Part shown: positions 20,953-32,637 of the stretch, one piece after another
How the letters are laid out: every line of letters starts with the position of its first letter
Position numbering within the stretch: position 1 is the first letter of the stretch
Assembly (NCBI GenBank): GCA_964016885.1
Contig: OZ024749.1
Location: forward strand, 12,152,001-12,216,000
Direction: 5' to 3'
Length of the DNA: 64,000 nucleotides
Source: Eledone cirrhosa
Taxonomy: Eukaryota
The notes under the pieces: model-generated
The model's database searches: none
The model's input: only the letters and a program-made list of their open reading frames with translations
Told to the model about the DNA's origin: nothing
Position numbers and translations under genes: made by a program

Positions 20953-23361
20953 TGAAAGAGGAGTGGACTGCCCCAGAACTAGGTTGGCAATCAACCCTAA
21001 AAGGGGAGTGGACTGCCCCAGCACTGGGTTGGCAATCAACCCTAAAAGGGGAGTGGACTGCCTCAGCACTGAGTTGGTACCTTAACCCTGAAAGGAGAGT
21101 GGACTGCCCCATCACTGAGTTGGTACCTTAACCCTGAAAGGAGAGTGGACTGCCCCATCACTGAGTTGGTACCTTAACCCTGAAAGGAGAGTGGACTGCC
21201 CCATCACTGAGTTGGTACCGTAACCCTGAAAGGAGAGTGGACTGCCCCATCACTGAGTTGGTACCTTAACCCAGAAAGGAGAGTGGACTGCCCCATCACT
21301 GAGTTGGTACCTTAACCCTGAAAGGAGAGTGGACTGCCCCAGCACTGAGTTGGTACCGTAACCCTGAAAGGAGAGTGGACTGCCCCAGCACTGAGTTGGT
21401 ACCTTAACCCTGAAAGGAGAGTGGACTGCCCCAGCACTGAGTTGGTACCTTAACCCTGAAAGGGGAGTGGACTGCCCCAGCACTGAGTTGGTACCTTAAC
21501 CCTGAAAGGAGAGTGGACTGCCCCAGCACTGAGTTGGTACCTTAACCCTGAAAGGAGAGTGGACTGCCCCATCACTGAGTTGGTACCTTAACCCTGAAAG
21601 GAGAGTGGACTGCCCCATCACTGAGTTGGTACCTTAACCCTGAAAGGAGAGTGGACTGCCCCATCACTGAGTTGGTACCTTAACCCTGAAAGGAGAGTGG
21701 ACTGCCCCAGCACTGAGTTGGTACCTTAACCCTGAAAGGAGAGTGGACTGCCCCATCACTGAGTTGGTACCTTAACCCTGAAAGGAGAGTGGACTGCCCC
21801 ATCACTGAGTTGGTACCTTAACCCTGAAAGGAGAGTGGACTGCCCCATCACTGAGTTGGTACCTTAACCCTGAAAGGAGAGTGGACTGCCCCAGCACTGA
21901 GTTGGTACCTTAACCCTGAAAGGAGAGTGGACTGCCTCAGCACTGAGTTGGTACCTTAACCCTGAAAGGAGAGTGGACTGCCTCAGCACTGAGTTGGTAC
22001 CTTAACCCTGAAAGGAGAGTGGACTGCCCCATCACTGAGTTGGTACCTTAACCCTGAAAGGAGAGTGGACTGCCCCAGCACTGAGTTGGTACCGTAACCC
22101 TGAAAGGAGAGTGGACTGCCCCAGCACTGAGTTGGTACCTTAACCCTGAAAGGAGAGTGGACTGCCCCATCACTGAGTTGGTACCTTAACCCAGAAAGGA
22201 GAGTGGACTGCCCCATCACTGAGTTGGTACCTTAACCCTGAAAGGAGAGTGGACTGCCTCAGCACTGAGTTGGTACCTTAACCCTGAAAGGAGAGTGGAC
22301 TGCCCCATCACTGAGTTGGTACCTTAACCCTGAAAGGAGAGTGGACTGCCCCAGCACTGAGTTGGTACCGTAACCCTGAAAGGAGAGTGGACTGCCCCAG
22401 CACTGAGTTGGTACCTTAACCCTGAAAGGAGAGTGGACTGCCCCATCACTGAGTTGGTACCTTAACCCAGAAAGGAGAGTGGACTGCCCCATCACTGAGT
22501 TGGTACCTTAACCCTGAAAGGAGAGTGGACTGCCCCAGCACTGAGTTGGTACCGTAACCCTGAAAGGAGAGTGGACTGCCCCAGCACTGAGTTGGTACCT
22601 TAACCCTGAAAGGAGAGTGGACTGCCTCAGCACTGAGTTGGTACCTTAACCCTGAAAGGGGAGTGGACTGCCCCAGCACTGAGTTGGTACCTTAACCCTG
22701 AAAGGAGAGTGGACTGCCCCAGCACTGAGTTGGTACCTTAACCCTGAAAGGAGAGTGGACTGCCCCATCACTGAGTTGGTACCTTAACCCTGAAAGGAGA
22801 GTGGACTGCCCCATCACTGAGTTGGTACCTTAACCCTGAAAGGAGAGTGGACTGCCCCATCACTGAGTTGGTACCTTAACCCTGAAAGGAGAGTGGACTG
22901 CCCCAGCACTGAGTTGGTACCTTAACCCTGAAAGGAGAGTGGACTGCCCCATCACTGAGTTGGTACCTTAACCCTGAAAGGAGAGTGGACTGCCCCATCA
23001 CTGAGTTGGTACCTTAACCCTGAAAGGAGAGTGGAATGCCCCATCACTGAGTTGGTACCTTAACCCTGAAAGGAGAGTGGACTGCCCCAGCACTGAGTTG
23101 GTACCTTAACCCTGAAAGGAGTGGACTGCCCCATCACTGAGTTGGTACCTTAACCCTGAAAGGAGAGTGGACTGCCCCAGCACTGAGTTGGTACCTTAAC
23201 CCTGAAAGGAGTGGACTGCCCCATCACTGAGTTGGTACCTTAACCCTGAAAGGAGAGTGGACTGCCCCATCACTGAGTTGGTACCTTAACCCTGAAAGGA
23301 GTGGACTGCCCCATCACTGAGTTGGTACCTTAACCCTGAAAGGAGAGTGGACTGCCTCAGC
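20953..23361 (+). repeat. 46-bp minisatellite, ~52 copies, with higher-order structure
   Basis: Unit GGAGAGTGGACTGCCCCA(T/G)CACTGAGTTGGTACCTTAACCCTGAAA; variant patterns recur at 276-bp and 1196-bp offsets. Confidence 0.97.
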
Positions 23362-23495
23362 AAAATTAACCTTAGTGGGACTTGAACTTAGAACATAGAG
23401 AGCTGTAAAAAGATATCCAACATTCTGCAACTGTAAAGATACCTTCCATATATATAAATATGCTATCTAATAAATATATATATATATATATATAT

Positions 23496-23680
23496 ATAGG
23501 AAAATGTTTGACCCCGACAGCAGAGCTCAAGCCGTTTCGACGGCTATTTCTGGCCATTGAAACGGCTTGAGCTCTGCTGTCGGGGTCAAACATTTTCCTA
23601 TTACCCACTCTACTACCCTAAGTGTTGAGTACTCTGGTGCATTATGGTCCATCTGGTTCCTTACCACACCTCCTTCGTTT
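23496..23680 (+). mobile_element. PLE-like terminal fragment; palindrome containing the 3' half of a hammerhead
   Basis: Palindrome 23496-23601 centred on TTTC; GAAAC-GGC-ttgagctct-GCT-GTC-GGGGTC; flanked by (TA)n. Confidence 0.6.
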
Positions 23681-23693
23681 TATATATATATAA

Positions 23694-24033
23694 TCATCAT
23701 CATCATCATCATTTCATTTTACGTCCGCTTTTTCCCTGCTTGCAAGGGTGGGACGGGAACTGATTCTGGCTTGATTTCTACAGCTGGATGCCCTTCCTAA
23801 CACCAACTTCATTTACAGTGAGTGCTGGGTGCTTTTTTTGCCGTGGCACCTGCATGACCACTTTGCAGTGGAATGATAGGGACCCTAGTCCTATCATCTC
23901 ATTTCTACAGCTGAGTAAACTGGACCAATGTGAAATAAAGTGTCTTGCTCAAGGAAACAACACATCACCCGGTCTGAGAATTGAACTCACAGCCTTTCGA
24001 TTGCAAGGCCAATGCTCTAACCACTAAGCCATA
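23694..24033 (-). mobile_element. tRNA/Nin-like SINE with RTE tail
   Basis: Reverse complement of the 55032 copy; (CAT)n tail at 23694. Confidence 0.88.
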
Positions 24034-24249
24034 TGAGGAAAAAAAAAAAATGATCGCTCTACATGGCTGAATACAATAAATGTAATCTGAGTTTTTCAAA
24101 TATTAATAATAATATTCGATTCATTTGCAATTATGCAATCAACCTCTTTTTTAAAGCCATGTCAGTAGAATGGGCCCTCATTGTTGCTCTTGTGTTGACA
24201 TGTCAACAATTATTAATATTCGAAAAACTCAGATTACTTTTATCATATA

Positions 24250-25150
24250 CTAGCAGTAAAGCCCGGCGTTGCTCGGGGTCGCTCAGTAGCTGTGTTAAAG
24301 TTACAATGTTAAGTTTCTTTCTTGGCTTAAAAACTGTAGTGTCTACTGTGCAGACTTGCATGTGGTGTTTTTGATTAATATTCCCTCAACCAACAATATG
24401 CCTTATGAAGTTAAGAAAACATAACGATAACCCGAATGTTATAACAAAAGAGGTTGCTGGGGATAGAAACTGCACTGGTTATTTATTAACAAAGATCGAA
24501 AATGTAAACACTGCAACGCAGAGAAAAACATTAGCGTAACCAAATTATCAGTTATGTCTGTCTGCACGCCTATATCACCTCTCTGCACGACTGTCTGTCT
24601 GCACGCCTATATCACCTCTCTGCACGACTGTCTGTCTGCATGCCTATATCACCTCTCTGCACGACTGTCTGTCTGCACGCGTATATCACCTCTCTGCACG
24701 ACTGTCTGTCTGCACGCCTAACGACGAAATATTTGCTTGTTTTACGTAGTCTTTAAATAGACTTGTTTTCAAGTAAAAATATTGTTTTAAAATGCTTTTA
24801 AATGGAAATGAAGCAAAACGGAAGCTTAGTGTTCGAACTGATGAATTTTGCAGGTCAATATTTTGCTGGCTCGACAACGCTGAGAAAGCCAGCGTAATTT
24901 TTTACGTAAGACGCTCAATGTAAACAGAACAAAGGGAAATAACTGATAACTTACGCTCAAAAATCGATACATTATATTCGATTTCGTCAGATAGGGTGGG
25001 TGAATTTGAAATTTTTTTTTTTCCGATGTCTTCGCTAGGGCTCAATGTACAAGTATAGCAATTTCGGTGCAATTCCGTGAGAGATTCTAAGAGGAGATGT
25101 GTGCCAAAAATCGATAGACAGACAGACAACCACAGTTTTATATATATAGA
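24250..25150 (-). mobile_element. Non-autonomous Helitron (~900 bp)
   Basis: Minus strand starts A|TCTATATATATAAAA...GTCTGTCTG and ends with hairpin CCCGAGCAACGCCGGG then CTAG|T; no TSD; CpG-richer than the flanks. Confidence 0.82.
24555..24720 (+). repeat. 37-bp tandem repeat inside the Helitron (~4.5 copies)
   Basis: Unit TGTCTGTCTGCACGCCTATATCACCTCTCTGCACGAC. Confidence 0.92.
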
Positions 25151-25158
25151 TATATATA

Positions 25159-25642
25159 TCATCATCATCATCGTTTAACGTCCATATTCCACGCTTGCAT
25201 GGGTTTGGACGGGTGTTTTCCCACTTGAGGCAAGAGTGGTTGTCTTGCTCGCATAGGACTGTCTGGCGGGTTTTCTACGGCTGGATGCCCTTCCTAACAC
25301 CAACCACATTTACAGTGTGGTACTGGGAGGTTTTTACCATGTTACCTACACGGCCACATTACAGCGTGGACTGTGTTTTTTTGTCATGACACCTACACGA
25401 CCTCATTTGTTTCGGGCTGGATGTTGTGGTACCAACATAACTTTACATTGAAAGGGGTGTGTGTGAATGGGTTGGGGTAGTGGGACGGGGGTGTATTTTG
25501 TTAGAGGTGCCTACTGACTGTGGTAGGTTTCACTTTGTAATTAGGTAAGGCGGGTCTTCTCTATTACTGTGTAGCGCCAAAGCTCTCAGTCCAGTGACAT
25601 TGTCTTGGAGAGGTGTAAGTGTGTGAGGTCGGAATTTATCGG
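25159..25642 (-). mobile_element. RTE LINE 3' end (ORF tail + 3' UTR)
   Basis: Closely similar to 10091-10590, including the (CAT)n tail. Confidence 0.9.
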
Positions 25643-25921
25643 AATATATGTATATATATGTATATATATGTATATGTATATATATGTATATATATAAATG
25701 AATATGCTATTTAAGCTGTACATATATTATGCTATATATACACAGCAGAACAACAACAGCAGCAGCACCACTCTTTAATATTATAAGGGTTGTTTCACTG
25801 GTACAACCACCACCACCACCACCACCACCATCAAACAGCAACTCCTTTCATCACAACCCCTATGGTTGAATAACACACCATAACTAAGTAGTAGTGGTGG
25901 CGGTGGTATAGGGGGTAGTAG

Positions 25922-25954
<33 letters not shown>

Positions 25955-26164
25955 TAGTAGTAACAGCAGCAGCAGCAGTAGTAGCAGTAGTAACAGCAGT
26001 AGTAACAGGAGCAGTAGTAGTAGCAGCAATAGTAGTAGTAACAGTAGTAGTAGTAATAGCAGTAACTGGTTTTGTTTCAGTCTTAATATTTGTTATGCTG
26101 TGGTTGTTATATTTGTTTTGTATTTCTATCCCTCTCCCCAGTTATAGATTAATGATTAACAGTG

Positions 26165-26172
26165 TGAGTCAC

Positions 26173-26221
<49 letters not shown>

Positions 26222-26484
26222 CACTGTGAGAGAGAGAGAGAGAGAGAGAGAATCACTGTGAGAGAGAGAGAGAGAGAGAATCACTGAGAGAGAGAGAGAG
26301 AGAGAGAGAATCACTGAGAGAGAGAGAGAGAGAGAGAGAATCACTGAGAGAGAGAGAGAGAGAGAGAATCACTGAGAGAGAGAGAGAGAGAGAGAATCAC
26401 TGTATGTGAGAGAGAGAGAGAGAATCACTGTATGTGAGAGAGAGAGAGAATCACTGTGTGAGAGAGAGAGTCACTGTGAGAGAG
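26165..26484. repeat. Compound repeat AATCACTG + (AG)n
   Basis: About 11 anchor units between (AG)n runs. Confidence 0.9.
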
Positions 26485-26575
26485 AAGTAAGGCAGGCAGA
26501 GGCAACATCCTTGTTATAAAGACAACCAGTTGCAATAAGGGCTGACAGATATTTCCACACGAACACACATATATA

Positions 26576-26611
<36 letters not shown>

Positions 26612-27072
26612 CACACACACACACACACACGTGTATGTTAAATGGGAGTGAGGAGGCAGAGGCATAAGTTTAGTTGAAACAACTTTAGAGTGCCACTCAG
26701 ACTCCACCATTCAAGAAAGAGAGTACAGCACATATGTACTCAACAGGGAATGAGTACAGCTTGTGAGCATGTGAAATACACACAGCTGAGGTACTCTTCA
26801 TGTGATCCAATTATAGCAGGACTAAATTATTTCAGTAGAAACTTAGAGCAGAAATACTTGCCATATCAACAAAAAGCAGTACAGGGTTACATATTCTACA
26901 AGCTAAAGGATAGCAACAATAAAGAATATGTTCAGAAAGCCTGACATTGACCACAGGTAGATTGCATCTCTTCTAGAATAATTCTGAATTACTGTTAACC
27001 TTATACTAACCCACCCACAACCTGCTCTGGTTCTATGAAACAAAACCACCCAATTTAAAGGGGTTTTATTTA

Positions 27073-27283
27073 ACCCTTTAGCATTTACATTACTTTATAT
27101 ATACTATTATATTTTAATGGTAAAGGCTTTACCTCGCATAATTATCTCATATAATATCGAATCTATGAGATTTTGAAAGTATTTATTTTGAGAACAATAC
27201 CTTAACATCAGTTTGAGCGACCAGTTACAGCCAGTTTCAACAGAAAGAGGTAGAGAATTCTGGCCAGTTTGAACACTAAAGGG
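27073..27283 (+). mobile_element. piggyBac-like MITE family A nested in a family B MITE
   Basis: TTAA|CCCTTTAGCATTT ... CACTAAAGGG|TTAA, flanked by family B sequence. Confidence 0.7.
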
Positions 27284-28534
27284 TTAATTTGAAATCTTCC
27301 AAAACAATTTTATATATCAACTGTATAACAAGTTACTATCTTAATAATGAAATAATTAAACCCTTCAAAATTTTTCATTAATTAATTGAAATGCATTTCA
27401 TTAGAAATATGCTTATGAGAAGTTAAAAAGGATTAATAAAGCCTCTACTTAAGACAGTAATACCAAGCCCCCACCCCACACACACACACACACACACACA
27501 TTTAAAAAAAATTAAGATTTCACACCTGAAAGAATTGACCTGATAAAGGTAACATTTAACTGGACTTTGCTTCATAAATTAATGTCTTTGACACAGTAGC
27601 CTCCATATGTAAAGCTGTCACACACACACACACACTCTTCCTCTCTGCAATACTGGGAAATGAGTATTTTTACTCAAAACAATAAAATAATAATAAATTT
27701 CTTTATTAGCCACACAGGGCTCCCATTAAAAAAACATTAATGATGGCATAATGGGTTTTTGTGTGTAAAAAGGTTATAACAAAAACAAATTCCCCAATAG
27801 GGGATACACACACACACCTGAGAGTCAAATGTAGTGAGAGCCCACAACCATGAGCACTTGGGCAAATGCCCTCTCCCAGTTGTCCTCCTCCAATTTACAG
27901 CTACACACCTACGCAGGTTAAGCTGGGCTCCTACAAGGTTGTATCTCAAAGGGGGTTTCTCTTTAAAAATAGTGAACCCCACTATCAAACAGAACAATAC
28001 TTTATTTCTCATCACTATTTTAACAGCTGTTATTCTATATTGGATAGTGGGACTAATTGACAGAATCATTAGAACATTAGATAGAATACTTTACTGTATC
28101 CATTCTGGCTTTCTGTGTTGAGTTCAAATCCTGTCATAGGCAATTTTAGCTTTCATCATTCCAAGGTTGATAAAAGAAAGTACCAGTCTAGTATTGGAGT
28201 CACACACACACTCTCTCTCTCTCTCTCTCTCTCAGAATAAATGAACTGTGTTCCGACCTAGGGATGGGCTCCACCAGATTTAAAACACCCAAAGACACTG
28301 TATGTCACAACAGTGCCCCTACAACTCCATTAAGAGTTACAAAAGCGGGGGCGGACATACATATATTCTATATTTGCAAGTTGGACAACTTTTGTCATTA
28401 AATGTATCAGCACTTGTTACCCGATCTAAAATCAGACCTCACTACTTCTTCCTGTCTTCCTCTGTTAGATTGTCCTCTTGCAGTACACAATATTTGGAAA
28501 ATATAAGCAGACCAGGGAATAAGTTGTTCAATTA

Positions 28535-28628
28535 TGACGTTTGTACATTACCCTATGTACTATACATACACTTTTTGATGAGTTGTAGTGCACCTGAGCA
28601 CTGTACACAATATTTTCATTATTATATT
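28535..28628 (+). mobile_element. Extreme 3' end of the CR1 family
   Basis: GAGTTGTAGTGCACCTGAGCACTGTACACAATA is the reverse complement of 32655-32690. Confidence 0.7.
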
Positions 28629-28654
28629 ACCAGTAATACCAATATATTACCAGT

Positions 28655-28832
28655 AATTGTTTCTACTTTTGGCACAAGTCCAGCAATTATCCCAGTGTAT
28701 TACTGGTACTTTATTTTATCGACCCCGTAAGGATGTAAGGCAAAGTTAACCTCAGCGGGATTTGAACTCAGACCGTAAAAGGGCGTAACTCTATGCTGCA
28801 AAGCATGGCGTCCGACCCTCTACCGATACTGC
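28655..28832 (-). mobile_element. Meta-domain-like SINE with target site duplication
   Basis: CTGGTACTTTATTTTATCGACCCCGTAAGGATG core, TTTGAACTC B box; CCAGTAATACCAATATATTA duplicated on both sides. Confidence 0.8.
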
Positions 28833-29061
28833 CCAGTAATACCAATATATTATCAACATATACACTTCTCAGGAAGTTTCTCAGAGTAACTTGGCTCTTA
28901 ACTTATCCAATACTAAATCTGTCCAAAACCCACCTTTGGTTTTCATGAAACAAACCCCACGCTCGTTTTAAAAAGTTTCTACTTGAATTAAAATCTTCCA
29001 ACATAATTTGATATAGAACCTTTAAGTTATATATTACCAATATCTTCTTAATAATGAAATA

Positions 29062-29240
29062 ATTGTTTCTACTTTTGGCACAAGGCCAGCAATTACCCAG
29101 TACATTACTGGTACTTTATTGTTTTGACCCCGTACGGATGAAAGGCAAAGTTAACCTCAGTGGGATTTGAACTCAGACCATAGAGGGCCGTAACTCTTTG
29201 CTGCAAAGCATGGCATCCGACCCTCTACCGATACTGCCAA
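29062..29240 (-). mobile_element. Meta-domain-like SINE
   Basis: Same family as 28655 and 40175. Confidence 0.8.
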
Positions 29241-30736
29241 TCAATGAAATAATAATTTTAGTAAAGCCCTCCAAATTCCTTATCAATTAATTCAAAAAGA
29301 GTATATTTCATGGGGAATATGATAATGGAATGGTTAAAGAGTAGCTGAGAGATGCTATAAACTCCTCATTACTGCAAATGTAACAGATAAGAATTTGGCT
29401 AAAACTAAAACGAGACACCGACAAGAAAAAGATAGAAATAGGTAATTCCAATATATATAGTATAGCTGCTGTTAGTAATTCCTATTACATACAATAGGCC
29501 TGTGAAGGTTGGAAAGAAATGAAGTGAGTATACTCCGATGGATGCGTAATGTTAGTGTGCATGAACAGCTGCACAGAAGTGTATTGGATATAATGTGCAA
29601 TAAAGAGAAATCTGCATTGGTATATAGATGAGATACATATGGAAGATAGCAGCTGCATATAGAAATGCAGAGATGACCCCAGTGGCTGGGACCCATGGAA
29701 GAGGCAGATCCAGGAAGACTTGGGACAACATAGTAAAGACTGACCTTAAAAAAAATAAACCTCACAAATGAGATGACAAAAAAACCATGAAGACTGGCGC
29801 TGTGATGATGGAGACCTGGCCACAAACATACAATATAACCCATCTGTGTTCCCCACTTGCACTCCCCAGCATTTATCCTCACCAGCACTGCATCCCCATC
29901 TATGCCCCATCCAGTACCACTCCTTATCTACCACCCTTAAATACCCTCACTATCACACCCGAGTAATTACTCTTTCTACCCCCTCCACTACCACTCCATA
30001 GTCATTTCTGCACTACACCCTCCTCCACATGCTATTAACCACACCATCCACACATGCCCACCACTGCATCTCCTCTCCCCCTATACTATTAGTCACCCCT
30101 TCCCCTTACTCACCAGCCTGTCAAATCCCCCCACACTCACCATACACCCATAACTTCATAGTAAAGACCTATACTATGTTAAAAACAAACTCAACCAATG
30201 TACTTTCAATATATTTTTAATGAATATCATCAATACATTATCAATTATCTTTCTATCATAATCTGATCTGATTTATCTTTAAGCAAGACATGTGAACAAT
30301 GCCAGGTCAGGTGACCAACAGGATAACTTGTCTAACCCATGCCAGCGTGGAAAAATGTACATTAAACAGATGATGATGATCAACAGGCGGCAAAATGGCT
30401 AGGTTGTTAAAATGTCAAATAGACTTTGTTGTGGTATTCATTCAAGCTCTCTTCACTCGGAGTTCAAATCCTGCTTTGCTTTTCATCCTTTCAAAGTTGA
30501 TAAAATAAAAGTACCAGTCCAGTACTGGGTCAATTTTTCCTATCTCTCTTTCTCTCTCTCTCTCTGCCCCCCCCCCTTAACAGCTGTATTAAGACCTGGA
30601 TGTGTTCCGCCAGGTTTAAAATACCCAGGATATGCTGTATGTCACTATAACTCCCCTATGACAGGAAATACAGGTCTATCCATATATAATGAAACCAGGG
30701 ACAGTTTCGGGTGGTTTGATATCAAAGGGATTAATA

Positions 30737-31137
30737 ATAATTGTTTCTACTTTTTGGCACAGGGCCAGCAATTACCCCAGTGCGTTACTGGTACTTTATT
30801 TTATTGACCCCGTAAGGATGAAAGACAAAGTTAACCTCAGCGGGATTTGAACTCAGAATGGCAAGGGCAGTAACTCTATCCATCAAAGCATGGCGTCCGA
30901 CTCTCTACCAATACTGCCAATCCACCGAATAATAATGGTTTCTTTTTTAGGCACAAGGCCAATAATTTTGGGGGAGGGGAAAGTCCATTAAATCGACCCC
31001 AGTGTGTTACTGGTACTTTATTTTATTGACCCCATAAGGATGAAAGGCAAAGCCAACCTCAACAGGATTTGAACTCAGAACATAAAGAAGTGTAACTATA
31101 TGCCACAAAGCAAGTTGTCCAGCACTCTACCAATCCT
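30737..31137 (-). mobile_element. Two tandem Meta-domain-like SINEs
   Basis: Two successive tail-core-B-box blocks (30737-30927 and 30935-31137). Confidence 0.78.
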
Positions 31138-31449
31138 GTATAATTAATAATAATGAAAAGGTTACATGCAGGGTATGTCATTAGGAATGTGACCACAAAA
31201 GGCTTGACAAAATACACAAAGTAAGAGTAATAATTTGGGATTTCTTATCAAGATGAGACATTTACTAAATATGAAGTTATTTTATCAGACAGAAAAACAA
31301 ATTAAGCTGCTATCCGTGATATAAACAAGTTTTTAAAGGATGGTAAATTTATTAAAAGTTTATGACTATATAATTAGTTATGTATCAACTCTTAATGTCT
31401 TGTATGACATGAAAACACATTAGCAAACTACAAAACAGCAAGCACTGCG

Positions 31450-31752
31450 TCATCATCATTTTACAGCCGCTTTTCCCTGCTTGAAAGAGTGGGACGGCAA
31501 CTGATTCTGGCTTGATTTCTACAGCTGGATGCCCTTCCTAACACCAACCTCATTCACAGTGAGTGCTGGGTGCTTTTTTTCCATGGCGCCTAAACATCCA
31601 CTTTACAGTGAGTGCTGGGTGCTTTTTTGCCGTGGCACCTCCACGACCACTTTGCAGTGGAATGATAGGGACACCAGTCCCTATCATCTCATTTCTACAG
31701 CTGAGTAAACTGGAGCAATGTGAAATAAAGTGTCTTGCTCAAGGAAACAACA
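31450..31752 (-). mobile_element. tRNA/Nin-like SINE lacking its head
   Basis: Matches 51583-51935. Confidence 0.8.
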
Positions 31753-32149
31753 TATCAAAAACTAATGTTTTTACTCCAATATTGAACATTTTTTACAAAA
31801 ATTTGTCTGCTAGTAAAGATACTATAAACATTTGAATTACAAGTAAATGGAAATATGATTTTTTGTAAAAATTATGAATTAAAAAAAAAATAATAATAAA
31901 ATGGTATACTTAGGATAAAATGCTATGTGCTGTGGATGGTGCTGAACTTTGTCTCCAAAATATGCAAGAGTCAATGACTCAGGCAGTGAAATAGCTGTCC
32001 ATTCCACCATGACTTCAGAGCAGGGTCACCCAACCATGTAGACAATGAAACTCTTTCAGACCAACATAGAAATAGTTGAACTAAATAGGGTGACACTGAG
32101 CCTGGACAGTTAGACATCGTGACCCTGGGCCAAACATCATGGCCCTGGA

Positions 32150-32635
32150 ACAGATATCGCATCTCCGAACCAGATATCACATCACAGAGCCACATCTCTG
32201 AGCCAGATATCGCACCTCTGAGCCACATCTCGGAGCCAGATATCACATCACAGAGCCACATATTACACCTCTGAGCCAGATATCACATCACAGAGCCACA
32301 TATTACACCTCTGAGCCAGATATCACATCACAGAGCCACATATTACACCTCTGAGCCAGATATCACATCACAGAGCCACATCTCTGAGCCAGATATCGCA
32401 CCTCTGAGCCACATTTCCAAGCCAGATATCGCATCTCTGAGCCACATATTACACCTCTGAGCCAGATATCACATCACAGAGCCACATCTCTGAGCCAGAT
32501 ATCGCATCTCTGAGCCACATCTCCGAGCCAGATATCACATCTGAGCCACATCTCTGAGCCAGATATCACATCACAGAGCCACATCTCCAAGCCAGATATC
32601 GCATCTTTGAGCCAGATATCACATCTCTGAGCCAG
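32150..32635 (+). repeat. Irregular minisatellite built from GAGCCAGATATCACATC and GAGCCACAT subunits
   Basis: About 31-42 bp variable units, roughly 13 copies. Confidence 0.88.
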
Positions 32636-32637
32636 TT

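Noticed and set aside
20953-23361. CRISPR-like regular array (likewise 43793-46309 and 50006-50462)
   Set aside because: Head-to-tail units with no unique spacers, no cas genes, eukaryotic context
31914-31994. Possible + strand terminal exon (DKMLCAVDGAELCLQNMQESMTQAVK*)
   Set aside because: Weak polypyrimidine tract, no recognisable homology, no partner exons
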